Assembly (NCBI RefSeq): GCF_049615385.1
Contig: NZ_JBMZFL010000009.1
Direction: 5' to 3' (one strand)
Source: Aequoribacter sp.
GTDB lineage: Bacteria > Pseudomonadota > Gammaproteobacteria > Pseudomonadales > Halieaceae
DNA length: 64,000 nt
Part shown: positions 10,444-20,294 of the stretch, in pieces
Layout: the number at the start of each line of letters is the position of its first letter
Numbering within the stretch: position 1 is the first letter of the stretch
Program-made: the position numbers and the translations under genes
The notes under the pieces: model-generated
Seen by the model: only the letters and a program-made list of their open reading frames with translations
Told to the model about the DNA's origin: nothing
Databases searched by the model: none

Positions 10444-13400
10444 TCAGGTTCAACGCGACAGAGCGATAGACCCAACCGTCAGCTGTTGCGTGGTTGCACC
10501 GGCGGGTTCTGGTAAAACCAGCTTGTTGGTGCAGAGGATGCTGGCTTTGTTGGCGCACGTCTCGCATCCTGAGCAGATCGTAGCGATTACCTTTACCCGC
10601 AAAGCGGCTGCTGAAATGCGAGCGCGCATGGCCGAGGTGTTTGAACTTGCACAAGTGAAACAACTTTGGGAAGTCCCAGAGTACGAACGTGTTTCCTTGG
10701 AGCTTGCCAAACATGCGTTAAGTAACGCAAGCGAGCGTGGCTGGTCATTGCCCCAGCAGCTCGAACGACTGCAGTTTATGACCATCGACTCCTTTTGTGC
10801 GTCGCTAGTACGCCAAATGCCGCTGGCGAGTCGGATGGGTGGTGTGATGACACCGGCCGAGCCAGTAACGGACCTATACCGTGCCGCGGTACTCGATTTG
10901 TTGCAAAGTAGTGAGCCGCAGATACGCGAGCACTTGCCGCCTATTCTTGCGGCATTGGGCAATCGCTGGGACTCAGCGATCGATTGGCTGTCTGAGCTGC
11001 TAGCGAAGCGTGATCAGTGGCAACTTGCGTTATTCCCAGGTCAACGCGAACAGGATGCACTGGACTATATGCGCGAGACATGGGCATTGGAATGTCAGCG
11101 ACGTGTTGCTCAGCTCAACGCCGACCTGGCGCCGTGGCGTGCTCAGCTGCAAGAAATCCTCAATCTGTTGGGGCTTGAGGAAAGGTCTGATTTTTTGCCT
11201 TTGCATTCGCCAAATGCTATCGGATCGTGGCGACGTGTTGCTGGGTTTTTGCTAACGCAAAGCGGTGAATGGCGCAAAAGTGTCACTGTGAAAGAGGGAT
11301 TCCCGCCAAAATCCGAGCAAAAAGAATTGCATAGCTTGGTAAGTACGGAAATTCGAACTGCTCTTTCTCCCATCGTGTTTGAGGGCGTCATGCTGATGCC
11401 CGAAGTGCTGGATGATGACCAGAATTGGCAGATCGTCAGGAGTGTTGTCGCGATACTTCCCCACCTATTAGCGTCGTTTTGGTGGCAGTGCCAACAGCGG
11501 GGTGAGGTGGACTTTACGCAGATTGCAAGCGCAGCGCTGGAAGCCTTGGGCGATGACGAGAATCCGACTGATCTAGCCTTAAAACTTGATTACGGCATTC
11601 AGCACCTGTTAGTGGATGAGTTTCAAGATACGTCAACGCATCAGTTTGAACTGATTCGGAGGCTGACTCGGGGCTGGTTTGAACACAATCAGGCAACGCC
11701 TGAGTCGCCAAAAACCTTGTTTGTTGTCGGCGACGCCATGCAGTCGATTTATCGGTTTAGAGGGGCTCAAGTCGATTTATTCGTGCGTGCGATAGAAGAG
11801 GGCTTTAACGGCTTGCGTCTGGAGCGCTTGGATCTGTGTCGAAATTTCCGATCGACAGCGGGTATCGTGCAGTGGGTTAATCAGGTGTTTGCTGACCTAC
11901 CAACGCACGGTTCTCCGATGATAAAGCGTTTGGCAGCGAACAGGGCCGAGCCCGTTCTAGGCGGCGAGACGGATATTCAGCTACACGCCTTTGCTGCTGA
12001 CCCTAACGCGACTCGAGAAACAGAGTTTGTGGTTGAACGAGTTCGTTCTTGGCTTGAGGCTGATGCGTCCACTACGATCGCAGTGCTGGGACGAACCCGC
12101 TCACAATTAGCCCCGATCATGAAGTCACTTAAGGACGCAGGCATCGCGTACAACGCGGCGGACGTTGAGAGGATCGCTGATAATGTCGCCGTCACGGATT
12201 TTGTGAATGTGCTGCGAGTCATAGTGGACCCGAGTGACACCTTGGCGAGCATGGCCTGTTTGCGCGCACCGTGGATAGGCGCATCGCTGGAAGTGTTACA
12301 TCAGGTGCAAACGATACACGCGCGCTTGGACACGGGTGATTGGCATGCAAGTTTTTACGCCCTAGAGCAAGACTCTGAGGATCTTAAATTGCAGGGCTGT
12401 TTGGCGCGTTTTAATGCTGTGATTCGCTGGGGTTTTGTGTTCCGAGGACGCAGAGCTGTCCGCTTGTGGCTAGAGACTTTGTGGGAGGGCTTATCGGGCT
12501 TCTCCATATATAGCAGTGATCGCGATCATGTTGCGATAGAAACCCTGTTCGAGGTGTTAGAACAAAACCCATCGACGCTCGATTCTCCATGGCAAATCAC
12601 CGAACTTCTAGAATCGAAAACGATTACTAGCCAACGTTCGTCACGAGTCTCGGTGATGACCATGCACAAATCGAAGGGCTTAGAATTTGATCACGTTGTG
12701 CTCCCTGCTATGGGACGCAGTAGCCGATCGTCTTCACGGCAGCTTTTTGAATGGGCTGAGCTGCCAGTCCCGCATGCCTACGGGTTTTTGCTGGGTTGTA
12801 GTAAAGGCGCCGACAATGCGGGTTTGAGCGTTGGAAATTGGCTTCACGAGCGGGAAAAAATCGCGTTGAACGACGAACTCAAGCGTCTGTTTTATGTGGC
12901 GGCGACCCGCGCCAAACGGGCGCTTTACATGACGACGAGCTACAAGCAGCAGGATCCGGACCGTTGCAGACCTGCTAAGGGTTCGCTGCTGGGGCAGGTT
13001 ACGCAGTTGTCAGCTCACGAATGTATTTGGCACGTGATACCAGAGACATCCCAGGAAATCTCTGGCGCAGCGTCTAATCTTACCCCAATGCGAGTCGCTC
13101 GATTTGTTCCAGCGACAAACGAAGCGTTGCCTAATAGTTTTTTGACGGGTGTTGAGCACGATCTTGTTATTGCACAGGATTGGCTTGAATCGAGCGCGGT
13201 GCACGGGTCTTTAGTTCATAAAGCTTTCGAGTTGGCGATCAGAGCCGGTCAACTGCCCCGCTGCGATGCGTACCTGCGGGGTCGCTTGTTACACGAGGCA
13301 ATTAGCTTGGGGTATCCGGCCGCAAAGGCAAGCGAGTGTGTTGAGCAGGCTCTGGGCGTAATTCAGGTCACAGCTGGGAATCCCAGTGCCCATTGGCTAT

Positions 13401-13729
13401 TCGTTGGAGATCAATGGCAGCGGTATCCAGAGTACAATGTGGCGAAGCGGACGGCGGATGGGGTCGAAAGCTACTACATCGACTTGCTACTGCGCTCCAC
13501 GTCGGATGATAGGCTGCGAGTTGTTGACTACAAAACCAATACGCCAGATCCGTCAGAGACACCTCAGGACTTCGAAAAGCGAATGCTCGAAACGTATCAG
13601 GCGCAGATGAAAATCTACGTTGCGATTATCTCTAAGATGGAGCGCAGAGCGCCCGAGGCATTTTTATTTTTGACCCACACGCAGCGTTTGGTGCAATTCG
13701 ACTTTACGACTCTGAGGGAAATAAGGTAA
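10436..13729 (+). CDS. addA: AddA-like UvrD/Rep-family helicase-nuclease
   Basis: Walker A VVAPAGSGKT. DExx box LLVDEFQDTS. UvrD motifs (VGDAMQSIYRFRGA, MTMHKSKGLEFD, YVAATRAK). C-terminal nuclease motif (YYIDLLL...RVVDYKTN). Start chosen at ATG 10436 (MSDQVQRDRAID), overlapping the addB-like stop (ATGAGTGA). Confidence 0.8.
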   Translation: MSDQVQRDRAIDPTVSCCVVAPAGSGKTSLLVQRMLALLAHVSHPEQIVAITFTRKAAAEMRARMAEVFELAQVKQLWEVPEYERVSLELAKHALSNASERGWSLPQQLERLQFMTIDSFCASLVRQMPLASRMGGVMTPAEPVTDLYRAAVLDLLQSSEPQIREHLPPILAALGNRWDSAIDWLSELLAKRDQWQLALFPGQREQDALDYMRETWALECQRRVAQLNADLAPWRAQLQEILNLLGLEERSDFLPLHSPNAIGSWRRVAGFLLTQSGEWRKSVTVKEGFPPKSEQKELHSLVSTEIRTALSPIVFEGVMLMPEVLDDDQNWQIVRSVVAILPHLLASFWWQCQQRGEVDFTQIASAALEALGDDENPTDLALKLDYGIQHLLVDEFQDTSTHQFELIRRLTRGWFEHNQATPESPKTLFVVGDAMQSIYRFRGAQVDLFVRAIEEGFNGLRLERLDLCRNFRSTAGIVQWVNQVFADLPTHGSPMIKRLAANRAEPVLGGETDIQLHAFAADPNATRETEFVVERVRSWLEADASTTIAVLGRTRSQLAPIMKSLKDAGIAYNAADVERIADNVAVTDFVNVLRVIVDPSDTLASMACLRAPWIGASLEVLHQVQTIHARLDTGDWHASFYALEQDSEDLKLQGCLARFNAVIRWGFVFRGRRAVRLWLETLWEGLSGFSIYSSDRDHVAIETLFEVLEQNPSTLDSPWQITELLESKTITSQRSSRVSVMTMHKSKGLEFDHVVLPAMGRSSRSSSRQLFEWAELPVPHAYGFLLGCSKGADNAGLSVGNWLHEREKIALNDELKRLFYVAATRAKRALYMTTSYKQQDPDRCRPAKGSLLGQVTQLSAHECIWHVIPETSQEISGAASNLTPMRVARFVPATNEALPNSFLTGVEHDLVIAQDWLESSAVHGSLVHKAFELAIRAGQLPRCDAYLRGRLLHEAISLGYPAAKASECVEQALGVIQVTAGNPSAHWLFVGDQWQRYPEYNVAKRTADGVESYYIDLLLRSTSDDRLRVVDYKTNTPDPSETPQDFEKRMLETYQAQMKIYVAIISKMERRAPEAFLFLTHTQRLVQFDFTTLREIR

Positions 13730-15044
13730 GGCTCTGGCCCGGACGAAGATAGTCTTTTGGATCAATGGCGTTCCAGGCAACTAGGTCGGAGATGGAGATG
13801 CGGAAACGATCCGCGATTTTATACAAAGAATCACCGCGTTTTACGGTGTAACGCATAGAGGCGCGGTAGACGCGCCGGCCGTCAGCAAGCAGGGTGCTCT
13901 CGCCTCCGGTGGGAATCATCAGGGTGTCACCAGCGCGGATGAAACTGCCGTTAATGTCGTTCGCAGCACGCAGTAGCGCGACTTCCAAATCAAACCGTTT
14001 TGCAATTCGAATCAGACTGTCGCCCGGCTGAATGGTGTAACGATGCCACTGTGTACGAGGTGTGTCGGGTAGCGATTGCGCCAGCGCCAGCGCCTGGTCT
14101 GCGATCTCAACTGGGACCAAAATTTCGGGCGAACCGTTGGGGTCGGTAGCCCACCGCATGATGCCCGGATTAAATCGTCGAATGAGCGACTCGTCCACGT
14201 TGAGCTGCTTGGCAAAACTGCTTACTTCTATTTGCCCGTTGACCGCTATTGCTGTGAATGATGGTTTGTTTGGGACGGGCGGGAGGGTGACCTCGTGCGC
14301 CTGCGGATTTTTGATAATCTGCGCCAACGCCAACAAGCGAGGTAGATAATGTTTGGTTTCAGTGGGGAGTTTCAACGACCAGTAGTCGGTCGGTAGACCT
14401 TTCTTGGCGTTGGCACGCTGCGCGCGTTTAACGCGAGTTTCCCCCGCATTGTAGGCCGATAACGCTAGCAACCAATCGCCGTCAAAGCGGGCGTTGAGTG
14501 ACTCGAGGTAATCTAGCGCCGCCTCGGTCGAGTCGCGGATGTCCAGCCGGCCGTCGTACCACCAATTTTGCTGCAAACCTAGGTGCTTTCCTGTTCGCGG
14601 CATTATCTGCCAGAGACCCGCTGCGCTCCTGTGCGACATGGACTGGGGCAGCAGTGTGCTTTCTACGATGGGGAGGAGGGCGAGCTCAATAGGGAGGTCG
14701 CGTTCTTCAACTCGCTCGACGATGTAGTGTAAATACCAACTCGCGCGTTCCGACAAAGCATCAAACAAACCCGTCTGCTTGAGAAAATGCTCTCGTTGCG
14801 CGATGACTGTTGGGTGGTCGGGGTAAGACCATACGAGGTCTCGTCGAATGCGATCCCATAAGTCGACCGCCGGTATCGGTGTAACCTCAACATTGAGAGG
14901 TGCCGCTACGGCGTTCACCTCGGGCTGGGGTGGTACGATGCTGCTTGTTTGCTCTGGTGTTAATGTCGTGCAGCCGCACAGTACCCCCAACAGTGTGATG
15001 GTGGTTAGAGGTCGCAGACTAACTCTCAAAATGCATCCTTCCAC
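13704..15044 (-). CDS. mltD: Membrane-bound lytic murein transglycosylase D-like lipoprotein (SLT domain plus two LysM)
   Basis: Lipobox LLGVLCGC. SLT catalytic region LLPIVESTL...AAGLWQIMP. Two LysM repeats (YTIQPGDSLIRIAKRF, YTVKRGDSLYKIADRF). Synteny with gloB. Confidence 0.88.
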   Translation of the reverse strand: MEGCILRVSLRPLTTITLLGVLCGCTTLTPEQTSSIVPPQPEVNAVAAPLNVEVTPIPAVDLWDRIRRDLVWSYPDHPTVIAQREHFLKQTGLFDALSERASWYLHYIVERVEERDLPIELALLPIVESTLLPQSMSHRSAAGLWQIMPRTGKHLGLQQNWWYDGRLDIRDSTEAALDYLESLNARFDGDWLLALSAYNAGETRVKRAQRANAKKGLPTDYWSLKLPTETKHYLPRLLALAQIIKNPQAHEVTLPPVPNKPSFTAIAVNGQIEVSSFAKQLNVDESLIRRFNPGIMRWATDPNGSPEILVPVEIADQALALAQSLPDTPRTQWHRYTIQPGDSLIRIAKRFDLEVALLRAANDINGSFIRAGDTLMIPTGGESTLLADGRRVYRASMRYTVKRGDSLYKIADRFRISISDLVAWNAIDPKDYLRPGQSLTLFPSES

Positions 15045-15826
15045 TGCCGAATGACACGAAACACGTCGTCGGCATTCTGCACTGGCTCTTTACTCTGTGC
15101 GCTATGAATGATGGCTGGCGCGTCCCATCTCAGGAAAGGGTTGCTGCGGCATTCCTCCTCAAGCGTGGTGGGCAGCGTGGGCTCGTTTAGTCCCCGCAAA
15201 CGAGAGACTTCGGCCACTCGCGCTTGTAACGCGGGGTTAGCTGGATCGACCGCGAGCGCGAACCGTAAATTGGCCGACGTGTACTCGTGGGCACAGTAAA
15301 CGCGTGTGTTTGCGGGCAGTTCTCGCAGGGATGCTAAGGAATTCCGCATTTGCTCGAATGTCCCCTCAAACACTCGTCCGCAGCCGCCACTGAACAGGGT
15401 GTCGCCGCAAAACAAAGCCTCGTGCTCAGGCAAATAATACGCGATGTGGTCTAAGGTGTGTCCGGGCACGGCTAGAACATGGATGTCGAGCGATTCAAGC
15501 ATCAATTGGCTGTGGTCATCCACACGCTGAGTCAGCCCAGCAAAGGGAGAGTTTTGGGGGCCAATCACCGGTATATTTGCGGCTTTAGTCAGCGCTTCAA
15601 TACCACCCGTGTGATCAAAGTGATGATGCGTCACTAGGATCCCAGCGAGCTCAAGGCCATTGTTGCTGAGGTAGGTGTGGACTGCGTCAAAGTCGCCGGG
15701 ATCAACTACAATGGCGCGACGACTGTCTAAATGAAGACACCAAATGTAGTTGTCAGTAAAGGCTGGGATTGGGACAATGTTCACGTCGCGGTCGCTTTTG
15801 AAAGTGGACTTAAATGTAAGTTCCAA
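15026..15826 (-). CDS. gloB: Hydroxyacylglutathione hydrolase (glyoxalase II)
   Basis: IPAFTDNYIW, THHHFDHTGG and PGHTLDHI motifs. The start is uncertain: a GTG at 15784 would match the usual N-terminus better than ATG 15826. Confidence 0.92.
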   Translation of the reverse strand: MELTFKSTFKSDRDVNIVPIPAFTDNYIWCLHLDSRRAIVVDPGDFDAVHTYLSNNGLELAGILVTHHHFDHTGGIEALTKAANIPVIGPQNSPFAGLTQRVDDHSQLMLESLDIHVLAVPGHTLDHIAYYLPEHEALFCGDTLFSGGCGRVFEGTFEQMRNSLASLRELPANTRVYCAHEYTSANLRFALAVDPANPALQARVAEVSRLRGLNEPTLPTTLEEECRSNPFLRWDAPAIIHSAQSKEPVQNADDVFRVIRQWKDAF

Positions 15827-15838
15827 GGGTAAACCACT

Positions 15839-16597
15839 ATGAGTGTGTCAACAAGACAAAGCGAGATCATTCAGCAATGGTACCATCGGTCATCGATGCA
15901 GGATGCGCTCGCCTGCGTTAAGCGCGAGTTGGATCAGGCCTTGCCAACTTGCTTTGGCTATCATCTTGTTCAGTTGGCCGACATCGAATTCGTTGCGTGT
16001 TACAAGGGTTCAAAAATCAATCACTGTGTTCGCTGTCAGCCCGATGGCGAGATTCTCTCTGAGTCTGAGCACCTACCGTTCGATGCCGACAGTATTGACG
16101 TGCTGATTGCGATGCACAGTTTGGATACGTCCTCGGACCCGCACCAAGTGCTCCGAGAAATACAGCGTGTTTTGGCGCCGCAGGGCCAGTTGTTTTTGGT
16201 TGGCTTAAATCCCAGTAGCCTCAGCGCACTGAGTGGACTGCTTGCGAAGCTCACATTGCGAGAGCAAACAAGCCCGCGATCGGCCTTGAGTGTACATCGC
16301 TTAGATGATTGGTTCCGCTTGTTGGGAATGGAACGAACTCGCCTGCGGTATTTCGCACACTTGCCATACTCCGGCACTCACTCCAAACTGAATCGAGCGC
16401 TCTCTGCAGTGACACGGTGGTTAGAGGCGCATCGAATGCCGGCGGGACGCATATATTTTATTCGCGCGACCAAGCAGGTCTGTGCGATAAGTAGACCTCA
16501 TCTGGCTCGTTTTAGGCCTAGACTGAGGGCCATCGGCATAGGTAAGTCCGTGGTAACCTCCAGACAAACTAAGGAAACGCTGCAAAATAATGACTAG
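15839..16597 (+). CDS. YafS-like SAM-dependent methyltransferase-fold protein
   Basis: Methyltransferase type-11-like segment ([11 protein letters not shown]...[15 protein letters not shown]). Occupies the position between gloB and rnhA exactly as yafS does in E. coli. Confidence 0.7.
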   Translation: MSVSTRQSEIIQQWYHRSSMQDALACVKRELDQALPTCFGYHLVQLADIEFVACYKGSKINHCVRCQPDGEILSESEHLPFDADSIDVLIAMHSLDTSSDPHQVLREIQRVLAPQGQLFLVGLNPSSLSALSGLLAKLTLREQTSPRSALSVHRLDDWFRLLGMERTRLRYFAHLPYSGTHSKLNRALSAVTRWLEAHRMPAGRIYFIRATKQVCAISRPHLARFRPRLRAIGIGKSVVTSRQTKETLQNND

Positions 16598-17036
16598 GAA
16601 CGTCGTGATTTACACTGATGGGGCATGTAAAGGCAATCCAGGTATCGGTGGATGGGGTGCGTGGCTTCGTGCTGGCGAGCACGAAAAAGAAATGTGTGGA
16701 GGTGAGCATGACACCACGAATAATCGCATGGAGCTGACCGCCACCATAAAGGCTCTTGAAACCTTGAACGTGCCCTGTACCGTCGATATTTACACCGACT
16801 CCGTCTACGTCCGCGATGGCGTGACTAAATGGATGTCGAACTGGAAGCGCAACAATTGGCGCACAGCATCGAAACAACCGGTAAAGAACAAAGATCTTTG
16901 GCAAGCGCTCGACGAGGCAATTGGCCAGCATGACGTCAACTGGCATTGGGTTAAAGGTCACAGCGGCAATCAAGGCAACGAACGTGCGGATCAACTAGCC
17001 AATCAGGGAATTGAACAGCTTAGGGCAGCGTCATGA
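16590..17036 (+). CDS. rnhA: Ribonuclease HI
   Basis: [20 protein letters not shown] and [15 protein letters not shown] motifs. 148 aa. Confidence 0.95.
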   Translation: MTRNVVIYTDGACKGNPGIGGWGAWLRAGEHEKEMCGGEHDTTNNRMELTATIKALETLNVPCTVDIYTDSVYVRDGVTKWMSNWKRNNWRTASKQPVKNKDLWQALDEAIGQHDVNWHWVKGHSGNQGNERADQLANQGIEQLRAAS

Positions 17037-17767
17037 GACAAATTGTGTTGGATACCGAAACGACGGGTTTAGAAATCTCGGACGGTCATCGGGTCATCGA
17101 GATCGGTTGTGTTGAGCTCATCAACAGGCGCTTAACCGGTCGTCACTTTCATCAGTACATTAATCCTCAGCGCGAGGTGGATCCCGGCGCTATGGAAGTG
17201 CACGGTATCAGCAGTGAATTTTTGCAGGACAAACCCCTGTTTTCTGCGGTTGCAGATGAGTTTCTGGAATTTATCGAAGGAGCGGAACTTATCATTCACA
17301 ACGCGCCCTTCGATATCGGGTTTTTGGATTACGAGTTACGCCTCGAGAGTGAGCGCCGCGCGGCATCGATGCCTACCGTAGAGTCCCTCTGTGGGGTCAT
17401 TGACACGCTGGTCATGGCGCGCAGAAAACACCCCGGGCAGCGCAACACGCTGGACGCCTTGTGCACTCGCTATGATGTGGATAACTCCAGTCGTGATTTG
17501 CACGGCGCCTTGTTGGATTCTGAGATTCTCGCCGACGTGTACTTGGCGATGACCGGCGGACAAACTGCGTTGACACTGCAGTCTGAAAATCGTGAGGGTG
17601 GTGAGCAGTCAAACTGGGTGACTGGCGAAATCGTGCGGGTTCAGCGAGCGGATCTCTCTTTACCCGTGGTGCATGCGAGCGCCGATGAGTCACAAGCCCA
17701 CGAGGCCTACTTGGACCTTTTAGATGAAAAGAGTGAGGGTGCTCTCTGGCGACGTGTTACCCATTAG
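17033..17767 (+). CDS. dnaQ: DNA polymerase III epsilon (proofreading exonuclease)
   Basis: Exo motifs [25 protein letters not shown] and [18 protein letters not shown] overlap with rnhA. Confidence 0.95.
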   Translation: MRQIVLDTETTGLEISDGHRVIEIGCVELINRRLTGRHFHQYINPQREVDPGAMEVHGISSEFLQDKPLFSAVADEFLEFIEGAELIIHNAPFDIGFLDYELRLESERRAASMPTVESLCGVIDTLVMARRKHPGQRNTLDALCTRYDVDNSSRDLHGALLDSEILADVYLAMTGGQTALTLQSENREGGEQSNWVTGEIVRVQRADLSLPVVHASADESQAHEAYLDLLDEKSEGALWRRVTH

Positions 17768-17820
17768 CGGTGTGACGATTGATCGCTGGCCAGCTGCTCA
17801 AGACCCATAAATTTTGGCTC

Positions 17821-17840
17821 TTTGCTTTGCTTTGCTTTGC
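17821..17840. repeat. Pentanucleotide microsatellite (TTTGC)x4
   Basis: Read directly as tttgctttgctttgctttgc, in the dnaQ-nudC intergenic region. Confidence 0.8.
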
Positions 17841-17887
17841 TGTGTTGCGCTTGCGGTCACTTGCTCTGACGCTGACGAGCGCATACC

Positions 17888-18730
17888 ATGCCAACTCTCA
17901 AGCTGTGCAACGGAGACACCATGCATAAGAATGACGATCGACTCTTGATTTTTCACAAGGGCGAGTTGGTTTGCGATATGCGCCTACAGCCCGGATACCT
18001 GCACCAGGCGCTGCACATTGAACCTGACATGCTCGATCCGCACAGTCGCCAGGAAGTGGGTGAGTACGAGGGGCAGCGCGTAACTGCTTACCACACCGCG
18101 CAAGGCGTGGAGCTAGATCCCATGCGGTTTATGCCGACGAATCTTTACAGGGTGCTGCCACAAGCGCCAATGCCGGACCGAGATATCATCTCTAGAGGCG
18201 CCCATTTGGCACATTGGCGTCATACCCATCGTTTTTGTGGCGTCTGTGGATCGCGAAACACGGTTCATCCCAGCGAGCCCGGTTTGCAGTGTAAAGGTTG
18301 CGGGTTTACATCTTATCCTCGCGTATCGCCCTGCGGAATCGTTCTTGTCGTTGATGGCGATCGAATGCTTTTAGCTCGCAATGCACGCTTCCCTCGGCCT
18401 ATGTTTTCGACACTTGCAGGTTTTGTGGAGGCGGGTGAAAGTGCCGAACAAACCATTGCTCGAGAGATTTTCGAGGAAGTCGGCTTGGTCAGCGGAAAAC
18501 TACAGTATTTCGACTCGCAGGCTTGGCCATTCCCAGATCAGCTGATGCTGGGTTACTTTGCCCAGTACGCGGGCGGCGACATCCAGGTAGACGGTATAGA
18601 AATAGCCGAGGCTCAGTGGTTCGATTATCGCGAGCTGCCCAGCAATATCCCGCCAACCATGAGCATTGCAGGGCGCTTGATTCAGCATTATTGCGAACTT
18701 CGGGATCAACAAATTAATTTATTTGAGTAG
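17888..18730 (+). CDS. nudC: NADH pyrophosphatase (Nudix, zinc-ribbon type)
   Basis: Zinc ribbon CGVCGS...CKGCG followed by the Nudix box AGFVEAGESAEQTIAREIFEEVG. The start could be the internal ATG at 17921. Confidence 0.88.
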   Translation: MPTLKLCNGDTMHKNDDRLLIFHKGELVCDMRLQPGYLHQALHIEPDMLDPHSRQEVGEYEGQRVTAYHTAQGVELDPMRFMPTNLYRVLPQAPMPDRDIISRGAHLAHWRHTHRFCGVCGSRNTVHPSEPGLQCKGCGFTSYPRVSPCGIVLVVDGDRMLLARNARFPRPMFSTLAGFVEAGESAEQTIAREIFEEVGLVSGKLQYFDSQAWPFPDQLMLGYFAQYAGGDIQVDGIEIAEAQWFDYRELPSNIPPTMSIAGRLIQHYCELRDQQINLFE

Positions 18731-18738
18731 GTCTGACC

Positions 18739-19794
18739 ATGGAATGGATCGCCGATTACGGTGTGTTTTTGCTGAAAAGTGTCACGGTTTTGGTGGCGCT
18801 CATTGTGTTTGTCGGATTTGTCGCGAGCCTCAGTCAGCGACAAAAAGGTGATCAGCGCGAGGGGCGAGTCAAAATTCAAAGCTTGAACGATGACCACGAA
18901 GATAATCTCGATGATTTTTTAGCCTCGGTGTTAGATCCAGAGGACTATAAGCGCCACAAAAAGGACGAGAAAAAGACCAAAAAAGCCCTAGCCAAAGCCT
19001 CAAAAAAGGCGGGTAAAAAAGCCGATGCAGAAGAAGCGGGCCGGCCTCGGGTATTTGTTATGGATTTTGATGGCGATATCAAGGCCTCGGCAGTAGAGGG
19101 GCTGCGTAAAGAAATTAGCACGCTGGTGGCCAACAAGGCTGAGGGCGACACCGTCATCTTACGATTGGAGAGTCCCGGAGGCATGGTTCATAGCTACGGC
19201 CTGGCAGCAAGCCAACTCGATCGAATTAAAAATGCGGGCGTTAAGTTAGTCGTCAGTGTTGATGCGGTTGCGGCCAGTGGTGGGTATATGATGGCCTGCG
19301 TTGCAGATGAGATTGCGGCAGCACCTTTTAGCGTCATTGGCTCGATTGGTGTGGTTGCTCAGGTGCCCAACGTGCATCGGTTGCTGAAAAAGAATGACGT
19401 AGATGTTGAGATTCTAACGGCTGGTAAATACAAGCGTACATTAACCGTGTTGGGTGAGAACACCGAAGAGGGGCGTCAAAAGTTCATTGAGGATTTAGAG
19501 TCAACCCACGATCTGTTCAAAGCCTTTGTTCAAGAGCATCGACCAAATCTCGACATCGAAGCTGTCGCTACCGGTGAAATTTGGTACGGTAAGGAGGCGG
19601 TCAATAACGGTTTGGTCGATCGGATAGCGACAAGTGATGACCTCATTTTGGAGGCGCTGCAGACCAGCCAGGTTTTTCGGGTGAGTTACGAGCAAAAAAG
19701 AACTCTGGCTGAGCGCTTAGGGTTTGCGGCGGAGCAGGGTGTCATCAAAGCCTTTGAGCAGCTCTGGGCACAGCAGTCAAAGCGATGGTTTTGA
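18739..19794 (+). CDS. sohB: S49-family inner-membrane peptidase SohB
   Basis: N-terminal TM segment, lysine-rich linker, S49 ClpP-fold core (SPGGMVHSYG...AASGGYMMAC). Confidence 0.88.
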   Translation: MEWIADYGVFLLKSVTVLVALIVFVGFVASLSQRQKGDQREGRVKIQSLNDDHEDNLDDFLASVLDPEDYKRHKKDEKKTKKALAKASKKAGKKADAEEAGRPRVFVMDFDGDIKASAVEGLRKEISTLVANKAEGDTVILRLESPGGMVHSYGLAASQLDRIKNAGVKLVVSVDAVAASGGYMMACVADEIAAAPFSVIGSIGVVAQVPNVHRLLKKNDVDVEILTAGKYKRTLTVLGENTEEGRQKFIEDLESTHDLFKAFVQEHRPNLDIEAVATGEIWYGKEAVNNGLVDRIATSDDLILEALQTSQVFRVSYEQKRTLAERLGFAAEQGVIKAFEQLWAQQSKRWF

Positions 19795-20234
19795 TGGATT
19801 GGCGCTATCCTAACCCCTACACGCATGCTGTCTGTGTGAACAGCGAGCATATTGATGGATTAGGTCATAGTAACAACACCCAATACATCCAGTGGTGCGA
19901 GGCGGCGGCGTGGGCGCATTCTGCGGCGTTAGGCATGAGCTTAGAAATGTATCAGACTTTAGGGCGTGCTATGGCGGTCGTGCGCAGCGAATTCGATTAC
20001 CTCAAAGCGACGTATGAAGGTGACCCATTACTTGTTGGGACATGGCTAACGGATATGTCCAAACGCTTGAATATGGAGCGCCGGTTCGAGGTCCGCAGGC
20101 AATTAGATGGCACGCTTGTGTGTCAGGGTGTATGGCAATTTGTTTGCATCCGCCTAGATACAGGTGCTCCTGCCAGAATGCCGCCCGAGTTTGAAGCAGT
20201 GTATGCTCCTGCTTTAGTCGGATTTCCTTGTTAA
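19785..20234 (+). CDS. 4HBT/YbgC-like acyl-CoA thioesterase
   Basis: Hot-dog fold signature HIDGLGHSNNTQYIQW. About 145 aa. The start may be ATG 19794. Confidence 0.8.
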   Translation: MVLMDWRYPNPYTHAVCVNSEHIDGLGHSNNTQYIQWCEAAAWAHSAALGMSLEMYQTLGRAMAVVRSEFDYLKATYEGDPLLVGTWLTDMSKRLNMERRFEVRRQLDGTLVCQGVWQFVCIRLDTGAPARMPPEFEAVYAPALVGFPC

Positions 20235-20294
20235 GGGATTCTTAACGTTGGGGCTTCATAATAAGCAATAATCATTGATCAGCGAGGTTGTCAG

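Noticed and set aside
10262-10962. 150-aa and 170-aa minus-strand ORFs
   Set aside because: They are antisense to the addB/addA junction and the addA 5' region, show no motifs and have an Arg/Ser-rich shadow-frame composition.
7852-13729. Nuclease plus UvrD-helicase pair as a possible anti-phage defence system
   Set aside because: Both proteins have the full AddB/AddA domain logic (iron-staple nuclease; helicase-nuclease). They are embedded between aroG-type and mltD-gloB housekeeping genes. There are no accessory defence genes, mobile elements or compositional break nearby.
13704-13729. Convergent 3'-end overlaps (addA/mltD 26 nt; prc/cysG 8 nt at 33539-33546; GNAT/Rieske 4 nt at 51699-51702) as possible annotation errors or antisense regulation
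   Set aside because: All six genes have intact family C-termini. Short convergent overlaps are common in compact genomes, and nothing else is unusual.
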